DNA of 33,385 bases from Fidelibacterota bacterium (lineage in GTDB: Bacteria > Fidelibacterota > Marinisomatia > Marinisomatales > UBA2128): contig JBHHUM010000021.1 of assembly GCA_046861645.1 (NCBI GenBank), positions 1 to 33,385 of the forward strand, in the 5' to 3' direction. The notes under the pieces are model-generated. The model was not told the DNA's origin, did no database searches, and saw nothing but the letters and a program-made list of their open reading frames with translations. Both the position numbers and the translations under genes were made by a program. Positions 11,001 through 19,143 of the stretch are shown here, piece after piece (the first letter of the stretch is position 1; each line of letters begins with the position of its first letter).

Positions 11001-11028
11001 TTTACAAATGGATATAATGAGGTATAAT
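11001..11028 (+). promoter_or_regulatory. Candidate sigma70 promoter (distal) for the Rieske/cyt b operon
   Basis: TTTACA-N16-TATAAT. Confidence 0.4.
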
Positions 11029-11101
11029 AACTTAATTACCTGCTTGATAAATGTACCCATTTGATGAAATTTTGATTATATGATTACACTATTAAAGTTG
11101 A

Positions 11102-11129
11102 TTGACAGATTTATCTTTGCCGATAAGAT
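11102..11129 (+). promoter_or_regulatory. Candidate sigma70 promoter (proximal) for the Rieske/cyt b operon
   Basis: TTGACA-N16-TAAGAT; suggests the ORF-track start at 11102 is really the -35 box. Confidence 0.45.
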
Positions 11130-11185
11130 TACTGCCATTGTATATTTGCCGACTCGATTCTGCTTGCAAACCGTGGATTACCAAA

Positions 11186-12028
11186 TTGACTGAAACTGAA
11201 GAGAAAAGAAGCTCTTTGCGGGTCATTGTGCACTCATTTTTCGTGGTGCCCTTTTTAATTGCTGCTTTTGCAGTACTTGTGTTCGGACTGTTCAGACTAA
11301 TAACTTATGATGGACGAGATGCCTTTGATTTGCTTACACAAATCAGAACGGGAAGTCACTCCCAAAGGTGGCAGGCAGCAGTTGATCTCTCTAAACTTAT
11401 CCAGAATCCAAATCTCGTCCCAACTGGTGATAAATTCGTCAGGGAGATAATTCTTGCTTATCAAGAGGCAAAGCATGATGATCCTCGTGTTCAACAATAT
11501 TTAACCCTTTCCATGGGTAGAGCAGGTAGATCAGAATTTGTACCGCTTCTCATATCGGATTTATCTTTGGCTCGCGGAGATAACCAGATTACTTTGATTC
11601 ATGCTTTGGGACTCCTGGGTGATGAGCGTGCCCTTCTACCACTCATGGAATTGGCTGAGGATCCCAATGCTCGCATTCGACTGGAAGCCATTATCTCACT
11701 GGGGAACATAGGAAACGAGCAAGCTACACCAATTTTAGAAAAAGCACTTTATGATAGCGAACCCAATGTACGTTGGGATGCGGCCATAGCTCTAGCAAAA
11801 ATGGGAAACAATTCAGGACGTCAAATCTTGATTAATTTACTCGATAGAGAATATCTACTGAAATACAAAGAAGTTGACGCTAAGGAGAGAACTGAAGCGA
11901 TACTGATTGCTATTCAGGTGGCAGCTTATCTTGATGATGATGAGCTGAATGACATATTGAAACATTTAAGTAATAATGATCCAGACCTGAGAATAAGGGA
12001 CGAAGCTCAAAAAGCACTGCGTTTATAA
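11186..12028 (+). CDS. Membrane-anchored HEAT-repeat protein
   Basis: N-terminal TM (FFVVPFLIAAFAVLVFGLF) then HEAT units (RIRLEAIISLGNIG, NVRWDAAIALAKMG, RIRDEAQKAL); start uncertain, in-frame TTG at 11186 chosen. Confidence 0.8.
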   Translation: MTETEEKRSSLRVIVHSFFVVPFLIAAFAVLVFGLFRLITYDGRDAFDLLTQIRTGSHSQRWQAAVDLSKLIQNPNLVPTGDKFVREIILAYQEAKHDDPRVQQYLTLSMGRAGRSEFVPLLISDLSLARGDNQITLIHALGLLGDERALLPLMELAEDPNARIRLEAIISLGNIGNEQATPILEKALYDSEPNVRWDAAIALAKMGNNSGRQILINLLDREYLLKYKEVDAKERTEAILIAIQVAAYLDDDELNDILKHLSNNDPDLRIRDEAQKALRL

Positions 12029-12033
12029 CTGTA

Positions 12034-12666
12034 ATGTCTGAAGAAAGAAAAGAACAGGATAATATGGGAGAACCAGTAGATAATATATCCGAAGGTTCAG
12101 AAGATAAACCTGATATTCTGGAGACTAAGGTGGGGAAAAAACATCCACCCGCTTCTGTAGGTATGGGATCTATCACTGATGATATGCCCCGCCGTTCTTT
12201 CTTTTCCTGGCTGACGATCGCCTGGATAGCTTTTGCTGCAGCTACAGTGGGGTTTTTATCAATGATTGTTAGATTCATGTTTCCCAATGTTTTGTTTGAA
12301 CCTCCTCAATCTTTTAAGATTGGGTATCCTGACGATTACAAGGTGGGTGAGGTCAATATTACCTGGAAAAAGAAGCATGGAATTTGGGTAGTGAGAACGC
12401 TGGAATATATTTATGCTCTATCCACTGTTTGTACTCATCTGGGATGTACCCCTAACTGGTTGGAGAATGAGAAGAAATTCAAATGTCCCTGTCACGGCAG
12501 TGGCTTCAGAAAGTCGGGTATAAATTTTGAAGGACCAGCGCCAAGACCTTTGGAGCGTTTCAGGATTAGTATGGCGGATGATGGACAGATATTAGTGGAT
12601 AAATCGAGAAAGTACCAATATGAAAAGGGTCAATGGAACGATCCAGAATCGTTTTTGAAAGTATAA
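12034..12666 (+). CDS. Rieske [2Fe-2S] subunit of a Rieske/cytochrome b complex
   Basis: Tat-like RRSFF plus TM; CTHLGC and CPCHGS boxes; GPAPRPL. Confidence 0.96.
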   Translation: MSEERKEQDNMGEPVDNISEGSEDKPDILETKVGKKHPPASVGMGSITDDMPRRSFFSWLTIAWIAFAAATVGFLSMIVRFMFPNVLFEPPQSFKIGYPDDYKVGEVNITWKKKHGIWVVRTLEYIYALSTVCTHLGCTPNWLENEKKFKCPCHGSGFRKSGINFEGPAPRPLERFRISMADDGQILVDKSRKYQYEKGQWNDPESFLKV

Positions 12667-12669
12667 CCA

Positions 12670-13455
12670 ATGAGTAAGAAGAAGAACATATTTCTAAGGC
12701 TGGCTGAATCTCCAGTGTGGAAATCGATTTTCCGCACAGGTATTCCTCGTACTCGCCGGCAGAGGATGATGTCTGTTCTGAATAGTGTGTTCCTCCATCT
12801 ACATCCCGTGCGTCTCCCTCGTCACGCAGTAAAGTTGAAATTTACCTGGTGCATGGGAGGCTTATCCTTTTTCCTCTTTCTGGTGCTTACTATTTCTGGC
12901 ATACTCTTAATGTTTTATTATCGACCAACTGTAGAATACGCTTATACGGATATCATGGATCTGAGGGAACAGGTACCCTTAGGGATTATGCGCGAGATTC
13001 ACCGCTGGGGGGCACATGCCATGGTAATTACCGTTTGGCTGCACATGTTCAGGGTATTTATGACAGGTTCTTACAAACCCCCACGTGAATTTAATTGGGT
13101 AGTAGGTGTATTACTCTTGACCTTAACCTTATTGTTGAGTTTTACGGGATATCTTCTTCCCTGGGATCAGCTGGCTATTTGGGCGGTTACTGTTGGTACA
13201 AATATGGCACGGGCGGCACCTTTTGTGGGGCATGAAGGTCCAGGTGCGGCTCTTTTGAGTTTAGGAGATATTAACTTTGTGCACTCTGCCAGTGACGTTC
13301 GTTTTGCTCTTTTAGGGGGACGGTTTGTAGGTGAATCCGCACTTTTGAGATTTTATGTACTGCATTGCATAGGATTACCGTTCATAATTATGATTTTCAT
13401 GGCCGTACACTTCTGGCGAATACGGAAAGATGGTGGAATTTCTGGTCCGACTTAA
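12670..13455 (+). CDS. Cytochrome b6-like N-terminal subunit (split cytochrome b)
   Basis: WCMGG (heme ci Cys position), H-x13-H (HRWGA...LH), H-x14-H (HCIGLP...VH), [10 protein letters not shown]-terminal RKDGGISGP. Confidence 0.95.
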   Translation: MSKKKNIFLRLAESPVWKSIFRTGIPRTRRQRMMSVLNSVFLHLHPVRLPRHAVKLKFTWCMGGLSFFLFLVLTISGILLMFYYRPTVEYAYTDIMDLREQVPLGIMREIHRWGAHAMVITVWLHMFRVFMTGSYKPPREFNWVVGVLLLTLTLLLSFTGYLLPWDQLAIWAVTVGTNMARAAPFVGHEGPGAALLSLGDINFVHSASDVRFALLGGRFVGESALLRFYVLHCIGLPFIIMIFMAVHFWRIRKDGGISGPT

Positions 13456-13467
13456 CGGAAAAATGTT

Positions 13468-14583
13468 ATGGAAGAACTGAAACATTTCATCAACGAAATT
13501 TCACATCCTACGGTGATCTTAACCGCTATTCTCCTAGTTTTTCCTTTCATCTTTCCACCTTCGAATTGGTTTGAGAAGTGGAACAAGCGATTGAAGTTTG
13601 ACTTTTTCTGGACAAAGAAGGGATTGATAGCGGTAATTCTGTTTTTTCTCCTTTTCTTCGTGATTGGTGTCCTGGATGAGAATGCAAAACACATCTTTCT
13701 AAAACCAGACAATGTACCTATTGTCGGTCTGTTGATGCTGGTTCACATCTTTCTATGGATTAGTATGAACCAGGCCAAGAGAAATGACAGATTGATAGAT
13801 GCCGGTGAAAGTCCCCTTGAATATCATGATCCTAAAGATAAGGTACTGGTCTGGCCGGATCTGGTTTACATTGAATTGATAGCATTAGTGTTATTCATGG
13901 CTTTCTTGCTGGTGTGGTCTATTGGCTTAAAAGCACCATTAGAACAACCTGCTAATCCAACCAATTCTCCCAATCCTGCTAAAGCACCCTGGTATTTTCT
14001 GGGGCTTCAAGAAATGCTCGTCTATTTTGATCCCTGGCTGGCTGGTGTAGTTTTCCCAACCTTCATGATCATCGGACTTATGGCCATTCCTTACATTGAT
14101 TTTAATCGGGAAGGGAGTGGCTATTACAGCTTCAAACAAAGACGTCTGGCCGTATCGATCTTTGTTTTTGGTTGGCTCTGGCTATGGATTAATCTTATCT
14201 TGGTGGGAACATTCCTCAGAGGACCTAACTGGAACTTTTTTGGCCCTTTTGAATATTGGGACCCACATAAACTGGAAGTTCTTACCAATATTAATCTCTC
14301 AGACCTTATTTATATCAAGTTGTTGGGGATAGGACTTCCTGAAAATATACTGCTCAGGGAAATATTTGGATTTATTCTAATTCTTGGTTACTTCCTTATT
14401 TTACCTCCCTTGCTAGCAAAAACCATCTTCAAAAAGCTACAGCAATCGATGGGAAATTTCAAATATGCCGTTTTCATCTTCTTAATGCTGGGCATGATCT
14501 CCTTACCCCTAAAGATGTATCTTCGCTGGATTTTCAACCTTAAATATATTATTGCGATACCAGAATTTTTCTTCAACATATAA
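13468..14583 (+). CDS. Cytochrome b subunit IV-like protein with extra TM helices at both ends
   Basis: WPDLVY, PANPTNSPNPAKAPWYFLG (PEWY-equivalent) and AIPYID motifs; follows the cyt b6-like gene. Confidence 0.88.
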   Translation: MEELKHFINEISHPTVILTAILLVFPFIFPPSNWFEKWNKRLKFDFFWTKKGLIAVILFFLLFFVIGVLDENAKHIFLKPDNVPIVGLLMLVHIFLWISMNQAKRNDRLIDAGESPLEYHDPKDKVLVWPDLVYIELIALVLFMAFLLVWSIGLKAPLEQPANPTNSPNPAKAPWYFLGLQEMLVYFDPWLAGVVFPTFMIIGLMAIPYIDFNREGSGYYSFKQRRLAVSIFVFGWLWLWINLILVGTFLRGPNWNFFGPFEYWDPHKLEVLTNINLSDLIYIKLLGIGLPENILLREIFGFILILGYFLILPPLLAKTIFKKLQQSMGNFKYAVFIFLMLGMISLPLKMYLRWIFNLKYIIAIPEFFFNI

Positions 14584-14594
14584 TATTTCTACCA

Positions 14595-17500
14595 ATGCAA
14601 GAACGATACTATAACATTTTCAAGTTGAACAGAGTTTTTGCTGTCACTAGTATCCTTTTCCTTTTACTTCTTATCTGGACTTTCGCAGATGATTATAACC
14701 GAAGTTGGAAATTTTATCAGCAAGAGTTTCGGCAGATGGAAATCGCCCGCACGGATAGTCTCCTGGAAATAGAAAGGAATAAATTACAAAACCAGGAGGA
14801 TTATAAAGCTGCCGTAAAGGTACTTAATTCTACTTCAGATCGTTTATTGCAGGAAAATGAAGAGCTTAATCGCTTGAAGGAAAGACTTGGTTCCTTGGGA
14901 ACAGATAAGTATTCAGCTTCTCAGGAATACGAAGCAGTCAAAGGGGAGTATGACGTTGCAAAGTACTTACACGAAGAGGCTGTGGGACGAGGTCGGGGTA
15001 ATCCTCTGGAAACAGCTGAAGAACTATCGAGACTGGAAGTTCTTTTAGTTCAGCATCGTTTACAGTTAGAGGAAGCAGAGCAACTGTACAAAGAGGTGGA
15101 AGTACAGATTAGAACTCTCGAGTCGAAGAAGAAAAAAGCTGAGGAAGAGTTATCCAGACTTAGTCATAGAGTCGATATTCTTAACCGTAAACTCCAAAAA
15201 GTTGATCCTGATAAAATGACTTTTGCCAATCGACTGGGGGATAAAGTCCGGGATTTACCTATTCTTGATTTTTTAGCACCCTATTATAAAGTGGATCAGA
15301 TTGTCCTCAAGGATATTACGGAAGATCTTAATTTTGCCAAAGTACCCAGAGTCGATCGCTGTACGACTTGTCACTTGGGGATATCAACCCCGGGTTATGA
15401 GAACGCCCCTCAGCCTTATACGACTCATCCCGATTTAGAACTTTATCTAAGCAGTGGTTCTCCGCATCCCAAGGAAGCTTTTGGTTGTACCAGTTGCCAT
15501 TCTGGGCGAGGTAGAGGGACAGATTTCACCAATGCCGCACATACCCCAAGTAACAAGGAACAAGCCAAGGAATGGGAGGAGAAATATGATTGGCATGAAC
15601 TCCATTACTGGGATACCCCTATGTTATCTTTGCCATATATAGAGGCAGGTTGTTTCAAATGCCATAATCAGGAAATATACCTGAAAGGTGCAGATCAGTT
15701 AAATTTAGGTACTAACCTTATTGAAAGGGCTGGTTGCTATGGCTGTCATATTATCGAGAGATACAAAGATAAGCGGCGTATAGGTCCGGATCTGAACAAG
15801 ATAGCTTCCAAAATAAACAAAGATTGGGCTTTTCTTTGGATACGCAATCCGAAAGCTTTCCGACATAATACTTGGATGCCGAAGTTTTTCGGGCAGGAAA
15901 ATAATAGCAGCGAAGAAGACATCTCCAGAACCAATCAGGAAATCCACGCTATTGTTCAATATCTATTCAAAAACAGTGAATTATTTCCTTTAGCGAATGT
16001 ACCCCGTTGGGGTGATGTAAAGCGTGGGGAAGACCTGGTCAATTCGCTTGGATGTCTTGGTTGCCATCGGATTGAGAGAGAACTATCTGTTAAAGCTACC
16101 TCTTTACAGACTCTACGTCGTGATCACGGTCCAAATTTGGTGGGGATTGGAGCCAAAACCACTCGAGAATGGATATTCAATTGGTTAAAGCAACCCGAAC
16201 GGTATTTTCCTGAAACCAAGATGCCTAACCTGCGGTTGACAGACCAGGAAGCTGCTGATATTGCTTCCTACCTGATGACCTTGGATGGTAATGGATTTGC
16301 TGAGCAGGAATTGCCTCTCCAGGATGATCGGGAACTAGATAAAATAGTCCTCAACTTCCTGTTACAGATGAATTCTGATTTTGACTCCAGACGAATGTTA
16401 GTTTCCATGAATAGAGAGGAAAAACTGGACTTTGCCGGGGAGAAGCTCATTCGGTTTTATGGATGTTTCGGTTGTCACAATATCTCTGGTTTTCAAGATG
16501 AGAAACCAATTGGAACTGAGTTGACAGAAGAGGGAAGTAAGCAGATAGAAAAATTTGATTTTGGGCTATTAAATCTGGATCATACTAAACAAGCATGGTT
16601 TACTCAAAAGCTGTTACATCCGCGAAGCTTTGATCAGAATAAGGTGAAGACGGCATATGAAAAACTTCGCATGCCGAATTTCGAGTTCAATAATACTGAA
16701 GCAGAAGCACTAACTACAGCACTACTTGGTTTTGTAAAGGCTACTTACGGAGTAATTCCAGTGAGAACTGAGAATCCTGATGTTCATGATGGACAGTGGT
16801 TGGTTAGAGAATATAATTGCCAGGGATGTCATATTATTGAAGATGATGGTGGAGCAATTAGACCTTCAGTAACGGATTGGTTGGAGAGGAAGAATGACAT
16901 AGATCGTGAGGCCGCACAAGAAGTAACTCCTGATTTTAGTCCACCAGATCTTCATACTCAAGGTTCGAAAACTCGACCAGAATGGTTATTTGAATTTTTT
17001 AAGAAACCTTATACCATACGACCGAGTCTTAGGGTAAGAATGCCTACTTTCAATTTCACTGATACCGAATGGAATTCTATAATTAAGTATTTTCAATTTT
17101 TGGATAAACAGGTATTGGCCTATGAGTCTCCGCATAAAATAGATCGAAGTTCTTCAACTTATAGAGCAGGTGAAAAGTTGCAAGAATTAGGAGAGTGTAA
17201 TAAATGCCACTTTTATGGGTCTACCTTTCCAACACAAACACCAGAAACTTGGGCACCCAATTTAGCCATGGTTAAGGAGCGGCTCCGTCCACAATGGGTT
17301 TCTACTTGGCTAAATGATCCCCAAAGTATCATGAAGGGTACTAAGATGCCCGCTCCGTCTATTCCTACAATAGAAGAGGTGCAGGATCCAGATGTACTGG
17401 AGTTTGTGGGTGAGGATGTAGCTGCCTTGGCGGGAGATAAAATAACCTTGATCCAGGCCTTGACAGATTATATTTTCACAATACCCGGCAAGATTGACAT

Positions 17501-17603
17501 CTCTAACTCTGTTCGAAACTACTTTAATGAAAACGGTTATGACTTTTTGAAAGTTGAAGAGGTTGAAGGAACAGGGGATGAGTGGGGTGATGAAAACTGG
17601 TGA
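14595..17603 (+). CDS. Membrane-anchored octaheme c-type cytochrome with coiled-coil stalk
   Basis: N-terminal TM; E/K/L-rich heptad region; eight CxxCH motifs (CTTCH, CTSCH, CFKCH, CYGCH, CLGCH, CFGCH, CQGCH, CNKCH). Confidence 0.92.
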   Translation: MQERYYNIFKLNRVFAVTSILFLLLLIWTFADDYNRSWKFYQQEFRQMEIARTDSLLEIERNKLQNQEDYKAAVKVLNSTSDRLLQENEELNRLKERLGSLGTDKYSASQEYEAVKGEYDVAKYLHEEAVGRGRGNPLETAEELSRLEVLLVQHRLQLEEAEQLYKEVEVQIRTLESKKKKAEEELSRLSHRVDILNRKLQKVDPDKMTFANRLGDKVRDLPILDFLAPYYKVDQIVLKDITEDLNFAKVPRVDRCTTCHLGISTPGYENAPQPYTTHPDLELYLSSGSPHPKEAFGCTSCHSGRGRGTDFTNAAHTPSNKEQAKEWEEKYDWHELHYWDTPMLSLPYIEAGCFKCHNQEIYLKGADQLNLGTNLIERAGCYGCHIIERYKDKRRIGPDLNKIASKINKDWAFLWIRNPKAFRHNTWMPKFFGQENNSSEEDISRTNQEIHAIVQYLFKNSELFPLANVPRWGDVKRGEDLVNSLGCLGCHRIERELSVKATSLQTLRRDHGPNLVGIGAKTTREWIFNWLKQPERYFPETKMPNLRLTDQEAADIASYLMTLDGNGFAEQELPLQDDRELDKIVLNFLLQMNSDFDSRRMLVSMNREEKLDFAGEKLIRFYGCFGCHNISGFQDEKPIGTELTEEGSKQIEKFDFGLLNLDHTKQAWFTQKLLHPRSFDQNKVKTAYEKLRMPNFEFNNTEAEALTTALLGFVKATYGVIPVRTENPDVHDGQWLVREYNCQGCHIIEDDGGAIRPSVTDWLERKNDIDREAAQEVTPDFSPPDLHTQGSKTRPEWLFEFFKKPYTIRPSLRVRMPTFNFTDTEWNSIIKYFQFLDKQVLAYESPHKIDRSSSTYRAGEKLQELGECNKCHFYGSTFPTQTPETWAPNLAMVKERLRPQWVSTWLNDPQSIMKGTKMPAPSIPTIEEVQDPDVLEFVGEDVAALAGDKITLIQALTDYIFTIPGKIDISNSVRNYFNENGYDFLKVEEVEGTGDEWGDENW

Positions 17604-17673
17604 TGTGAATTGTCTTACTTGTTTGATAACTTTTGGTGGTTAGATTTGATGGATAATTAAAGGAGAGGATTAA

Positions 17674-18390
17674 ATGAATCTTTCAAGAAAAACACCAATT
17701 ACCATTTTATCTTTGGTAATTATTTTTACGAGTTTCCTTTTTGCTGAAGGATCGATTACTGGTACTATCAAGTATGAGGGTCCTGTTCCGCGAATGAAAG
17801 CCCTGAGAATGTCTTCTGATCCTATTTGTGATGGAAAACATGCCGATTCTCCCGCCAGGGCAGAATGGCTGATCGTCGGTGATAGTGGTGAACTGAAAAA
17901 TGCCTTTGTCTGGATCAAGGAAGGGGTAGAGAATTATCCAGCTCCTGAAGAACACGCTGTACTTGATCAGAACGGCTGTGTATATATGCCTCATGTTTTA
18001 GGTGTCCAGGTAGGTCAAGTAGTGGACATTCTGAACACGGATGGGACACTTCATAATGTACATGCCATGCCTAAACAGAATTCGGAATTCAATGTTGCCA
18101 TGCCGAAGTTTAAGAAAAAGAAAGAGGTAACATTCACTGAAGAAGAGGTTATGTTTCCCATTAAGTGTGATGTACATCCCTGGATGAAATGTTATATTGG
18201 AGTTGTTCCTCATCCCTTCTTTGATGTAACTGATGATGATGGCGTCTTCGAGATTAAAGGTCTACCAGCGGGTAGTTATACCCTGGAAGTGTGGCATGAA
18301 AAATTGGGGACGAAAATAACAACTGTAACTGTCAGTGAAGATAAAACAGCTACTGTAGATTTTACCCTTACCAAACCGAAAAAGAAGTAA
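17674..18390 (+). CDS. Secreted protein with cupredoxin-like type-1 Cu motif and carboxypeptidase-regulatory-like (TTR-fold) domain
   Basis: Signal peptide; HNVH...CDVHPWM; C-terminal TDDDGVFEIKGLPAGSYTLEVWHE; RBS AAGGAGAGG. Confidence 0.8.
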   Translation: MNLSRKTPITILSLVIIFTSFLFAEGSITGTIKYEGPVPRMKALRMSSDPICDGKHADSPARAEWLIVGDSGELKNAFVWIKEGVENYPAPEEHAVLDQNGCVYMPHVLGVQVGQVVDILNTDGTLHNVHAMPKQNSEFNVAMPKFKKKKEVTFTEEEVMFPIKCDVHPWMKCYIGVVPHPFFDVTDDDGVFEIKGLPAGSYTLEVWHEKLGTKITTVTVSEDKTATVDFTLTKPKKK

Positions 18391-18450
18391 CGATTAAAAC
18401 AAAGGTTAGTTCTTAATTATTATTTGGGAGAACTATTATTAAGGTTCAAT

Positions 18451-18481
18451 TTAATAGTGGAGTAGAATTGTCCACTTTAAT
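18451..18481. promoter_or_regulatory. Palindromic Rrf2-type operator (site A)
   Basis: TTAAT-AGTGGA-N9-TCCACT-TTAA upstream of the first rrf2 gene. Confidence 0.6.
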
Positions 18482-18584
18482 CTTGGTTTCCTGATTGCTT
18501 TAGATTAATTTATTATCATGATGAAAAGCTGCTTAAGTCTAGAAAATTGTTATATTTCTCGTCCAAAATCATCAGGGGAATAAT

Positions 18585-19004
18585 ATGGGTATAAGTAAAG
18601 CGGCCGATTATGCCATTCTTACTGTGGCATATCTTTCCTCAACCGGTAAAGAAGGAGAGAGTGGATTAAGGAGTAAAACTGATATTTCTCAACAGCTTAA
18701 ACTTCCAGTCGAATTCCTCTCCCAGATTTTACAAAAATTAGCTAGAGCCGGTATACTAGCTTCCAAGCGAGGTGTACAGGGAGGCTATCATCTGCAAGTT
18801 TCCCCAGGAAATGTTACTTTATTAGACGTAATTGAAGCCATCGATGGTAAACGGAATCTTGTGGAATGTCTATCGGTAGATTTTAAAGGATGTGAGCGGT
18901 TGTCTATTTGTCAGTCAGTCATGGAGAAAATGACAATAGTTCAAAACAAGATTGATGATGTTCTAAATAGTGTTAATTTTGCCGATATGGCAATTCTTAA
19001 CTAA
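18585..19004 (+). CDS. Rrf2-family transcriptional regulator (three Cys, probably Fe-S binding)
   Basis: DYAI, FLSQILQKL..AGIL.SKRGVQGGY.L, DVIEAIDG, C-x7-C-x5-C. Confidence 0.93.
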   Translation: MGISKAADYAILTVAYLSSTGKEGESGLRSKTDISQQLKLPVEFLSQILQKLARAGILASKRGVQGGYHLQVSPGNVTLLDVIEAIDGKRNLVECLSVDFKGCERLSICQSVMEKMTIVQNKIDDVLNSVNFADMAILN

Positions 19005-19078
19005 TCAATAAGCGAATTGATGAGAAAAGTTTACAGTTTATTATTGGTATTATCTGTTAGTGACATCTATATTCAAAG

Positions 19079-19108
19079 ATTAAATATAGATAAATTTAGT
19101 CCACTATA
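19079..19108. promoter_or_regulatory. Rrf2/IscR-like operator (site B) upstream of the first coxA
   Basis: TATAGA-TAAATTTAG-TCCACTAT; same GA-N9-TC geometry as site A, and its reverse complement shares ATAGTGGA with site A. Confidence 0.6.
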
Positions 19109-19143
19109 TACACTTAGTTGAACGGAGCCTTAAAGAATTCAAT

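Noticed and set aside
18407..18435. Possible terminator TAGTTCT...AGAACTA after the cupredoxin gene
   Set aside because: Weak AT-rich stem, long loop and no clear U tract
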